Shown piece after piece: positions 41,853 through 50,147 of a stretch of 64,000 bases of DNA (position 1 is its first letter; every line of letters starts with the position of its first letter). This stretch comes from an uncultured delta proteobacterium (lineage in GTDB: Bacteria > Desulfobacterota > Binatia > UBA9968): assembly GCA_963771465.1 (NCBI GenBank), contig CAVYTU010000011.1, forward strand, positions 216,581-280,580. The letters are read 5' to 3'. Both the position numbers and the translations under genes were made by a program. The notes under the pieces were generated by a model, which saw only the letters and a list, made by a program, of their open reading frames with translations, did no database searches and was not told the DNA's origin.

Positions 41853-42385
41853 CGTTTTCTCGGCACTCTGCGCAAAAGCCGCGCTGGGTTACCAGCAACG
41901 ATTGTATTGGGGCGAACGTCTTTGGTAACAACGCTACCGGCGCCAATCATTGCACCGGCGCCGATCTTGACTCCGCAGAGAATCACCGCCCCGGAGCCGA
42001 TCGACGCTGCGCGTCCAACCAAGGTAGGAATAACCTGCCAGTCCTTTTCCGTTTGTAACCCGCCGCCGCCGTCCGTCGCTCTCGGATAGCGGTCGTTGAT
42101 GAAGACGACGTGATGACCGACGAAGACCTCATCATTGATCTGCACGCCTTGGCAAATGAAGCTGTGGCTTGAAATCTTGCAGTTGCGGCCGATGCGTGCG
42201 CCTTTTTGAATCTCGACGAAGGTGCCGATCTTGGTGTTGTCACCAATTTCACAGCCGTAGAGGTTTACAAATTCATAAATCTGCACACCAGCTCCAAGCT
42301 TAACGTCGGGAGCGATTTTTTGGTACAGACTACGGCACGTATTTGTGACAACTTTCTTTTTCATGGAAGTGTTTTTGCTGATCAT
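41849..42385 (-). CDS. Hexapeptide-repeat N-acetyltransferase (WbpD/FdtC-like)
   Basis: LbH repeats, FINDRYPR, VAGNPAR; start may be 42364. Confidence 0.88.
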   Translation of the reverse strand: MISKNTSMKKKVVTNTCRSLYQKIAPDVKLGAGVQIYEFVNLYGCEIGDNTKIGTFVEIQKGARIGRNCKISSHSFICQGVQINDEVFVGHHVVFINDRYPRATDGGGGLQTEKDWQVIPTLVGRAASIGSGAVILCGVKIGAGAMIGAGSVVTKDVRPNTIVAGNPARLLRRVPRKR

Positions 42386-42397
42386 CGTGAGAACCCG

Positions 42398-43108
42398 CTA
42401 GTTTCGACGCAGAATGACGATATCGAACCAGCACTGGAGCAAGTCTTTCATGGCTTCAATTACCAGAGCAGGCTTGGCGCCCAATGCTTTGCCGCTGGTG
42501 CGAGGAAAATGCGCAACGTCTCGCACACCGATGCGAAATCCTCTGCGCTGCGCGCGGATGATTCTCTCGGCTTCGCCGAAGACCCCGCTACTGATGATTG
42601 AAATGTCATAGACCGAACGCCGCACCAATTTAACGCTGCCGGCGTCGTAAGTGCGGGTGGCGAAAAATATTACCGGTAACGTATTAAACAGCCACGAAAC
42701 TAACTGGCGGCCGAAGTTGTAATGCTTTATCGGCCGCCGTGCTATGACAATGTCATACTGATTCGCCATGGGCAGCAGTTCCAACAAGGTGCTCATCTGC
42801 CATTGGCCGTCGGAGGAGTTGAGAAAGACCAGTCCCTTACCGGCCCACTGGTAGAGTTCCGCGAATGTCGATGCGATGCCCTGGTTTGTCTCATGGCGCC
42901 GGAGCTGTAACCGGGGCAATGTATTTTGCACATCGCGGAGAATTTGCCAGGTTCGATCCGTCGAGCAGTCGTCGATGACGAGTATCTCGCCTGATATCGA
43001 AATTTGCTCGAGCGTTGAGTCGGCTTCTAGGACGACTTGTTGAATCGTCGGTTCTTCGTTGTAGGCGGGAATGCAAATGGTCACACCATCCTGATATCGC
43101 TGGCTCAT
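42398..43108 (-). CDS. Glycosyltransferase family 2 (polyprenol-phosphate GT-like)
   Basis: IPAYNEE, IDDCSTD, SDGQ. Confidence 0.85.
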   Translation of the reverse strand: MSQRYQDGVTICIPAYNEEPTIQQVVLEADSTLEQISISGEILVIDDCSTDRTWQILRDVQNTLPRLQLRRHETNQGIASTFAELYQWAGKGLVFLNSSDGQWQMSTLLELLPMANQYDIVIARRPIKHYNFGRQLVSWLFNTLPVIFFATRTYDAGSVKLVRRSVYDISIISSGVFGEAERIIRAQRRGFRIGVRDVAHFPRTSGKALGAKPALVIEAMKDLLQCWFDIVILRRN

Positions 43109-43210
43109 GTCGGCGCCAGATTGTCTCGGTAGATCGATGACCACTTGGGTTCAGATAGCGAGCCAGCAGTTTTTCTATTGCCCTGTGACGCAATGGGTTA
43201 GCATCGCGAC

Positions 43211-44230
43211 TCAATTGACGCCAGCTGGAATCACCCTTACGCCGTTGTTGTGGCTGCTCTCGTGCGCGGCGGCTAGAATGCTGACGACCCGCAGACCTGC
43301 CTTTCCGTCAGTGATTGGCGTGGTTGAATTCTGGACACAATGATTGAAATGTTTGATTTCGCGTCCGAGCGCTTCGCTATTTTCAATAGCTGGAGCGTAC
43401 ATGTCGCCGTTGCGGTATTGCACCAGAGCGTCGTAAAGCCCCTCGATGCTAGTTCTTGAAATGCCCTTGTCGTAAATTTTGACTTTTTCGGTAACGAGAT
43501 TATCGTCGTAAACTGCCAGCCTACGAGAACCGCCGAGCATGACTAAACGAGTCTTCATCGGCGCCAACCAATTTACGTGGCAATGGCCTAGAATATTGTC
43601 GGCGAACTGGACCGTAATGTACGCCATACTCTCGGATTTCTGCCCGGCATGGGAAGCGCCAATGGCTTGCACCCATTCTACCGGCCGTTCGATAAGGTAA
43701 TCCATGATCGAAACATCATGCGGTGCCAAATCCCAAATGACCGAAACATCAGACTGAAAAAGCCCTAGATTGATGCGCACGGAATCGAAATAATAAAGTT
43801 CGCCGAGCTCGCCACGAGTCAAGACATCTTTGAGTTTTTCAACCGCGGGATGATAGATGAAGGTATGGTCCACTTGCAGTACCAATTTCATCTTGTCGGC
43901 GAGTTCGACTAATTCCCTAGCTTGTGTCAAATCGTCGGTGATCGGTTTCGTGATTAAGACATGCTTCCCAGCAAGCAGAGCTTGCTTCGCCAGCGCATGG
44001 TGAGTCTGAACCGGTGTGGCGATGGCGATCGCGTTGACTTCGGGATGATCGATAACGTCGCTTACTTGTTGCGAGTACGTGAAGTTCGGATACTGTATCG
44101 CGAGCTTTCGGCAGCGATCAGATTGAGTGTCGCAACAGATAACAACTTTGCTTTCCGTTGACGCATTGAAATTTCGCACGAGATTGGGACCCCAGTAGCC
44201 CAATCCAATGACCCCTACCTTTACCGGCAA
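43211..44230 (-). CDS. Gfo/Idh/MocA oxidoreductase (WbpB-like)
   Basis: GLGYWGPN, KHVLITKP, WDLAPHD. Confidence 0.9.
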   Translation of the reverse strand: MPVKVGVIGLGYWGPNLVRNFNASTESKVVICCDTQSDRCRKLAIQYPNFTYSQQVSDVIDHPEVNAIAIATPVQTHHALAKQALLAGKHVLITKPITDDLTQARELVELADKMKLVLQVDHTFIYHPAVEKLKDVLTRGELGELYYFDSVRINLGLFQSDVSVIWDLAPHDVSIMDYLIERPVEWVQAIGASHAGQKSESMAYITVQFADNILGHCHVNWLAPMKTRLVMLGGSRRLAVYDDNLVTEKVKIYDKGISRTSIEGLYDALVQYRNGDMYAPAIENSEALGREIKHFNHCVQNSTTPITDGKAGLRVVSILAAAHESSHNNGVRVIPAGVN

Positions 44231-44342
44231 AACGTCCCTTCCTTTTTTGTTAGCAAGAAAAATCCTTAGAAATCTAGAACATTATGCGCTCAGTCGTGAG
44301 GCTAACGTGTGCTTTCAATGGGTCAAGTATATTTCCTTGGGG

Positions 44343-45908
44343 TCAATTTGTATAGCTACTTTTCTCTTTGTACGGAGGCGTTGAGCCGTATTTGGCAATT
44401 AGGGTCGCGTGTAGTGGCGATGACTTTACAAATATATTCGCGACCTTATCGGAATACACGAGTTTCCAGTCTGTGCGCTCCAGGAGTATCTTAGAAAGCA
44501 TCGAAGTCGGCTCGTGAAAAACCCACGTGAGCTGGTATTTCTCAATTAGACTTTCCCAACCGTCCCGAGCTTGAGAGAGGGTCAGATACTCCTTGACGCG
44601 GGATGCGCCATACATATCGGTCCTGCCGTCGATGAAAACTCGGTATCTTGGCCAAGCGGCATAAATTATGTAGTCGCCAAATTCGTCGTTGTTGAACATG
44701 TTCCCTGCAATAAATTCTTGGCGGATGAATGCCACCGCTTTGGTCGGTACGTAGTTGCTGTCAAAATCATGTTTGATCGCCCCAACCGCGACTAGGGCCA
44801 AAACCACCGCCATACCAAAGGCTGGCCATAAGAAGCGGATTGTAGCTTGATTAACTGCTGCAAGATTCTCCATTCGCCGTTTCAATATTTTAATTAGCCG
44901 CCCGTCCGTGCTTTCGAAAGCTAGCTGAGCGTGTTTGACCAAGATGGGACCGGCAATGAATGCGAACAGAGGGATGTGTCTAGAAGAAAACAGTGCCATA
45001 TGACCGAAAAGCATCATCAAAGTTAGCTCGATAGCGTCCACAGTAGAACTAGAGACCGCAAAAATCGCAATCGTCGTGAGTAACAAGAGTTCAAAGGGCA
45101 TTATCAGGATTGAATGAAAATTCGGCGAAAGGTACTCGGCGATACTATCCATCAAAAACTTGTCCTGAACGACACGAAATGGAAACAACAGGGTGTCATA
45201 TCCATAAGGATTAAAAAGCGCGACCAGAGCACAGACGATCGTGATCAATCCAATCCGTCGCGCTTTATCGAGCCATTGTCTTCGGTTGTTGGGTGCCGCA
45301 AAACAATACTGCGCGAGATTGCCGAAGAGATAGATGCCGAGCAGAATCAGGCCGAGGATAAAGCCGCCGTGCAAGTTGACCCAAATAACCATAATAAGGG
45401 GCAGAAAATACAAATGGTTTCGCTCACGATACTGATAATTACTTAGTAAGTGATACCAAATGATGAACAGGACAAAAGTAAATATATGCGGCCGCGCCAG
45501 CCAGTTCGATGCCGAAGACAAAGTTACCAGCAGAACCGCGATTGACGAGAAGTATAAGTTCGTTTTTCCTTCGAGTAACAGGGTGAAGACAAGATAGCCG
45601 CTCAGCGCGATCAGGAACGAAAACATTATAACGATGCCGGTGATACCGGTGAGTCGGTGCACCAGAGCCATGATCACTTCGCCAAGCCATTCGTGAAGAG
45701 TCCAAGGTAAGGGAGGAGTCAGGAATGAAAAAATGTCAGCCTCCGGAATCTTGCCGTTGTCTATAATGAATTCACCAGCTCGAATGTGATATCCGGTATC
45801 GGCATCGCCAAGCAGTCTGCCGTCGCCCCCCGACGCCAGGAACAGAAATATCCCGATGAAGACTATATCCGCAATTGAGGGCAAGAAGTTGCGTGGCTTG
45901 CTTGTCAT
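44343..45908 (-). CDS. Polytopic membrane protein, GT-C glycosyltransferase-like
   Basis: DADTGYHIRAG, HEWL, ARP, WVNLHGGF, FIDGRTDMYG. Confidence 0.65.
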   Translation of the reverse strand: MTSKPRNFLPSIADIVFIGIFLFLASGGDGRLLGDADTGYHIRAGEFIIDNGKIPEADIFSFLTPPLPWTLHEWLGEVIMALVHRLTGITGIVIMFSFLIALSGYLVFTLLLEGKTNLYFSSIAVLLVTLSSASNWLARPHIFTFVLFIIWYHLLSNYQYRERNHLYFLPLIMVIWVNLHGGFILGLILLGIYLFGNLAQYCFAAPNNRRQWLDKARRIGLITIVCALVALFNPYGYDTLLFPFRVVQDKFLMDSIAEYLSPNFHSILIMPFELLLLTTIAIFAVSSSTVDAIELTLMMLFGHMALFSSRHIPLFAFIAGPILVKHAQLAFESTDGRLIKILKRRMENLAAVNQATIRFLWPAFGMAVVLALVAVGAIKHDFDSNYVPTKAVAFIRQEFIAGNMFNNDEFGDYIIYAAWPRYRVFIDGRTDMYGASRVKEYLTLSQARDGWESLIEKYQLTWVFHEPTSMLSKILLERTDWKLVYSDKVANIFVKSSPLHATLIAKYGSTPPYKEKSSYTN

Positions 45909-46067
45909 GCTTTGGGAAGATTATGAGTGCTAGCGATAGCCGAAACGAGACTGTCTCAGTGAAAGAATCAAGGGATGAATTTAAATGAAAGGCGGTGCCA
46001 GATCAGGAAATTGAAATTCGATGAGTTACCCTTGGCGCCGCTGTCAAATTAGTTTTCCGCTTGATCC

Positions 46068-46814
46068 TCAATGTTCGCCCACGCCGAGGCGGCCGATGAA
46101 CGGCAATTTCAACGCGGGTTTGAAAAAATCGATGCCGAAGTTGAGGCCGAGGAGGTTTAGCTCAAATCCTTCTTCCCGCGCCATGGTCACGCCGAGGATG
46201 CCGAGCATGGAAAGTTGGTAGCCGGTGCCGCTGGGCGCGTGGTCGACGATGGAGCCATTGCTCGGATAGTCTTTGCCGATCGCCGTCGCCGGCAGATCCA
46301 TCCGTAGCTCGGGTACCTGGCGGCCGATGTAGGCGACGAACGTATTGCTATTGGGGCCGGGCCAGAGCATGTATTCGTCGGGGTATGGATAAGCGGTTAT
46401 CGCCTCAAAAATTTTTGGTATTGCTCTTGCCGCTGCCTCACCGCGCAAATCGGCGATCAGAGTCGGCTCGTTACCAAACCAGCGACCGTCAGGGATGCCG
46501 GCAGCTGAGAAGACGGCTGGCAGACCGCGATAGGTGCGCCAGCCAATCACTTGATGAATGGTGTATTCCGTGGCGTTTTCCGGTTTGGTAGCGATCCAGG
46601 TGTGGACTCCAAAGATGCCACGCCAGTTCAGCGCGCGGGCGAAATAGACTTGCACGACCGCTTCCGGGGTTTTTTCCGCGAGCGGCGCAATGCCGGCGCT
46701 GGAACGGTCAGCGCGACGAAAGTCACGTCCTAGCGGCGCTTGACCGGAAAGCACGGTGTAGAGCGGCAGCGCGACAAATAACAGCAGTAAAATGGTTAGC
46801 ATCCGAGAGCGCAT
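46068..46814 (-). CDS. DUF3750 domain protein
   Basis: WRGIFGVHTWIA, YMLWPGPNSNTF, AIGKDY. Confidence 0.8.
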   Translation of the reverse strand: MRSRMLTILLLLFVALPLYTVLSGQAPLGRDFRRADRSSAGIAPLAEKTPEAVVQVYFARALNWRGIFGVHTWIATKPENATEYTIHQVIGWRTYRGLPAVFSAAGIPDGRWFGNEPTLIADLRGEAAARAIPKIFEAITAYPYPDEYMLWPGPNSNTFVAYIGRQVPELRMDLPATAIGKDYPSNGSIVDHAPSGTGYQLSMLGILGVTMAREEGFELNLLGLNFGIDFFKPALKLPFIGRLGVGEH

Positions 46815-46960
46815 CGCTACAACTATGCGTGGGAGTATAACCAAAGCCGCGCGCCAACGCCAGACAGGGGCGCGCAAGATTCTCGCCATCCAGGATTCGA
46901 CATCCGAGTTCATTAATTGTAACTTCAGAACTGACAAAGCTTCTGCGTTTAAGAAAAAAT

Positions 46961-47443
46961 ATGGCGAATAATTTTCGCATTGGCCATGGCTTCGATGTGC
47001 ATCGGTTTCAGCGCGGGCGAAAATTGATGTTGGGCGGGATTGAGATTCCCCATATACGCGGGCTTTACGGCCATTCGGACGCCGATGCGGTGCTGCACGC
47101 ATTGATCAACGCGTTACTCGGCGCCATGGCGGAGGGTGATATCGGCTCGCATTTTCCCGATACCGATCCTCGTTTGAAGGGGATCGCCAGCAGCGAAATG
47201 CTCGCCGAGGCGCTGCGCATCATGCGGCGCAAACGGTTCAAACTAGTCAACGCGGATATCACGCTGGTGGCGCAGGCGCCCAAGCTCGCGCCGCATTACT
47301 TGCGCATGCGCCGGAGCGTTGCCGGCCTGTGTAAGGTTCGTGTCGATCGCATCAGCATCAAGGCGACGACGACCGAGCGGCTCGGTTGGCTTGGCGCAGG
47401 CAAAGGTATGGCGGCGACAGCGCTAGTTTTACTCGCAAAGTGA
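46961..47443 (+). CDS. ispF: 2-C-methyl-D-erythritol 2,4-cyclodiphosphate synthase
   Basis: RIGHGFDVH, GHSDAD, DIGSHFP, IKATTTE. Confidence 0.95.
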   Translation: MANNFRIGHGFDVHRFQRGRKLMLGGIEIPHIRGLYGHSDADAVLHALINALLGAMAEGDIGSHFPDTDPRLKGIASSEMLAEALRIMRRKRFKLVNADITLVAQAPKLAPHYLRMRRSVAGLCKVRVDRISIKATTTERLGWLGAGKGMAATALVLLAK

Positions 47444-47521
47444 GACCTTATTGAGGTCGTTACGACGGCCAATTGGTTGACAAAAATGCATTTCTATAAT
47501 AATCAACAACGCTAATCTGAA

Positions 47522-47869
47522 GTGACATCCGATCCTGCCAATCTAGCGCCTGAAGCGCGTGAACATGAGATCGAAAGGTTAGCTCAAGAATTGGGCCGCC
47601 TGATTCAAGGCGCCGATCATGAGCAGCGCAACGATCTCAAAGAGCTGGCATTCGCGCTCATCCGCGAGGAGTTTATCCACAAGGTTGAGCCAAGCGAAAC
47701 ACAGGAAGGGTCGAAACCGGCGCCGTTCAATCCGTTGGGAACCGGCATCCTGTTGTTTATTTTGGGCGCGGGTTTGTCATTTATATTCGGGCCGGTCGGG
47801 TTGCTACTGATGCTCGCCGGGATTGGCTTTGCGATTTGGGGCGCGCTGATTACTTGGCTCAAAGGATAG
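47522..47869 (+). CDS. Hypothetical membrane protein
   Basis: 115 aa with two C-terminal TM helices; first gene of the Rieske operon. Confidence 0.6.
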   Translation: MTSDPANLAPEAREHEIERLAQELGRLIQGADHEQRNDLKELAFALIREEFIHKVEPSETQEGSKPAPFNPLGTGILLFILGAGLSFIFGPVGLLLMLAGIGFAIWGALITWLKG

Positions 47870-47876
47870 ATTACGT

Positions 47877-48395
47877 ATGGCAGAAGCGGAAAAGAAAAAA
47901 AGCGGTATTTGGTCGCGCCGAGATTTTTTCACTCGACTCGGCTGGGGCGGGTTCGGAATCTTTGGCGGTTTGAGTCTATTGGGCTTTTTGCGCTCGGCCT
48001 TTCCCCGGGTGTTGTTCCAACCACCGTCGACTTTCAAAGCCGGGCTGCCATCCGACTACGCCGTCGGTGAAGTCAGCGAGAAGTACAAGCAAGACCAGCG
48101 CGTTTGGATCGTGCGTGAAGAAACCGGTGTCTATGCGATATTCGCCAAGTGTACGCACTTGGGCTGTACGCCGCGCTGGCTCGCCTCCGAGAACAAATTC
48201 AAATGTCCCTGTCACGGTAGCGGCTTTTTTAAGTCTGGCTTGAATTTCGAAGGGCCGGCACCGCGTCCGTTGGATCGCTTCCAGCTCACCGTCGGCGACG
48301 ATGGCCAGCTCGTGGTCGATAAGAACAAGATTTTCAGAGGCACGGCGGGCGCCGACCCTGACGAACAATATCCTGAGAGTATTCTCAAAGCTTAA
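47877..48395 (+). CDS. Rieske iron-sulfur subunit
   Basis: Tat motif SRRDFF; CTHLGC and CPCHGS. Confidence 0.95.
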   Translation: MAEAEKKKSGIWSRRDFFTRLGWGGFGIFGGLSLLGFLRSAFPRVLFQPPSTFKAGLPSDYAVGEVSEKYKQDQRVWIVREETGVYAIFAKCTHLGCTPRWLASENKFKCPCHGSGFFKSGLNFEGPAPRPLDRFQLTVGDDGQLVVDKNKIFRGTAGADPDEQYPESILKA

Positions 48396-48406
48396 CGGAA
48401 CTAATC

Positions 48407-49177
48407 ATGAGCCTGCTTGAAAAGATCAAAAACGATATCGTCGAGAGCCACGTCTGGAAATCGATCTTTCGCCACGGCTACGAGGACACGCCGCGTAACC
48501 GGGTGATGATGGTCACGTCCAACGTTTTTTTGCATCTCCATCCGGCCAAGGTGCGGCGTCACGCCGTGCGCATGCGTTTTACCTGGTGCATGGGCGGGCT
48601 CACCTTCCTGATGTTTCTGATGACCGCGATCACCGGTATTTATTTAATGTTCTACTATCGTCCCGTGGCCGAGTACGCCTACGCGGATATGAAGTATCTC
48701 GAATTCGACATGCCCTTCGGCATGCTCATGCGCAACATGCACCGCTGGGCGGCGCACGCGATGATCGTTTTTGTCTGGCTGCACATGTTTCGCGTCTTTC
48801 TCACCGGCTCGTACAAACCGCCGCGCGAGTTTAACTGGATCGTCGGCGTGCTCTTGCTCGTGCTTACCTTATTGTTGAGTTTCACCGGCTATCTCTTGCC
48901 GTGGGATCAGTTGGCGATTTGGGCGGTCACCGTCGGCTCCAACATGGCGCGCGCGACGCCGCTCTTGGGGTACGAGGGACCGTTCGCCGAGTTCGTCGGC
49001 GCTAACCCGATCTACGACGCCCGCGCGTTTTTGTTTGGCGGCGGCGAAATCGGCCCGCACACGCTGCTGCGTTTCTACATTCTCCACTGCATCTTTATTC
49101 CGCTGGTGGCGAGCATCCTGATGGCCGTACACTTCTGGCGCATCCGCCGCGACGGTTTCTCCGGCCCATCGCTCTAA
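48407..49177 (+). CDS. Cytochrome b6-type subunit (N-terminal half)
   Basis: TWCMGG, HRWAAH, LHMFR, TGYLLPWDQ, RFYILH. Confidence 0.92.
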   Translation: MSLLEKIKNDIVESHVWKSIFRHGYEDTPRNRVMMVTSNVFLHLHPAKVRRHAVRMRFTWCMGGLTFLMFLMTAITGIYLMFYYRPVAEYAYADMKYLEFDMPFGMLMRNMHRWAAHAMIVFVWLHMFRVFLTGSYKPPREFNWIVGVLLLVLTLLLSFTGYLLPWDQLAIWAVTVGSNMARATPLLGYEGPFAEFVGANPIYDARAFLFGGGEIGPHTLLRFYILHCIFIPLVASILMAVHFWRIRRDGFSGPSL

Positions 49178-49201
49178 AGCAATCCAAGATCGAGGCAAAA
49201 A

Positions 49202-49969
49202 ATGGCAGAGGCAGCTCACGAAAGAAGGCTTCCGGTTGACGACAAGGTGCACACCTGGCCGCACTTAGTGCGGATGGAGTTTCTCGTCGCGCTTTTCGTC
49301 ATGGTTGTATTGACACTGTGGTCGATCACCATCGACGCGCCTTTGGAAGAGCCGGCCAATCCGACCCGAACACCCAATCCATCGAAAGCTCCGTGGTACT
49401 TTCTCGGATTGCAGGAAATGTTGGTTTACTTCGATCCCTGGCACGCCGGCGTGGTGTTGCCGACCCTTATCATTATCGGTTTGATGGTCATCCCCTATAT
49501 CGACATCAATCCCAAGGGTAACGGCTACTACTGCTTTAAAGCGCGCAAGTGGGAAATCCTCACGTTCTTTTTCGGTTTCCACGTCCTGTGGATTTCAATG
49601 ATCATCATCGGCACCTTTTTCCGCGGCCCAGGTTGGAACCTATTCTGGCCGTGGCAGCGGTGGGATCCGCATAAAGTGGTCGCTTTAACCAATGTCGATC
49701 TGCCCTACCTATTGGGTTTTCGCGACTACTGGCTGTCGGCGGCGTTCAGCCTCGTTGCCGTCGGCGCTTATTTCGTCGTCGGCATGGTGTTGTTTTATAT
49801 GTTTGTGGTCAAAGTCAAAGGCAAGGGATTTATCGAACGCTGGGGCATGGTGCGCTTTAACATTGCCGGCATTATCTTGGTGCTGATGATGTCTTTGCCG
49901 GTCAAAATGTTTCTTCGGTTGGCATTCAACGTGAAATACATCTTGGTCACGCCGTGGATTAATATCTAA
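49202..49969 (+). CDS. Cytochrome b subunit IV-like protein
   Basis: PANP..TPNPSKAPWYFLGLQE. Confidence 0.88.
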   Translation: MAEAAHERRLPVDDKVHTWPHLVRMEFLVALFVMVVLTLWSITIDAPLEEPANPTRTPNPSKAPWYFLGLQEMLVYFDPWHAGVVLPTLIIIGLMVIPYIDINPKGNGYYCFKARKWEILTFFFGFHVLWISMIIIGTFFRGPGWNLFWPWQRWDPHKVVALTNVDLPYLLGFRDYWLSAAFSLVAVGAYFVVGMVLFYMFVVKVKGKGFIERWGMVRFNIAGIILVLMMSLPVKMFLRLAFNVKYILVTPWINI

Positions 49970-50137
49970 ATGTTCTACGTGGCGAAAATTCTTCAAGCCC
50001 TGGGGCTGGCGGATATTGGCTACGCTTTGTTCGTTGGCATCATGAGAAATTCTTCAATGGCTGAAGAAATCGTTTTAACGCTGATCGGTCTTGGGGTTTT
50101 TTCTTTGGGCCGTGCGCTGGAAAACAAAGTAGCGTAA
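49970..50137 (+). CDS. Small 55-aa two-TM protein (not in ORF track)
   Basis: MFYVAKILQALGLADIGYALFVGIMRNSSMAEEIVLTLIGLGVFSLGRALENKVA*; starts right after the subunit IV stop and fills the gap. Confidence 0.7.
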   Translation: MFYVAKILQALGLADIGYALFVGIMRNSSMAEEIVLTLIGLGVFSLGRALENKVA

Positions 50138-50147
50138 GGGAGTCGGG

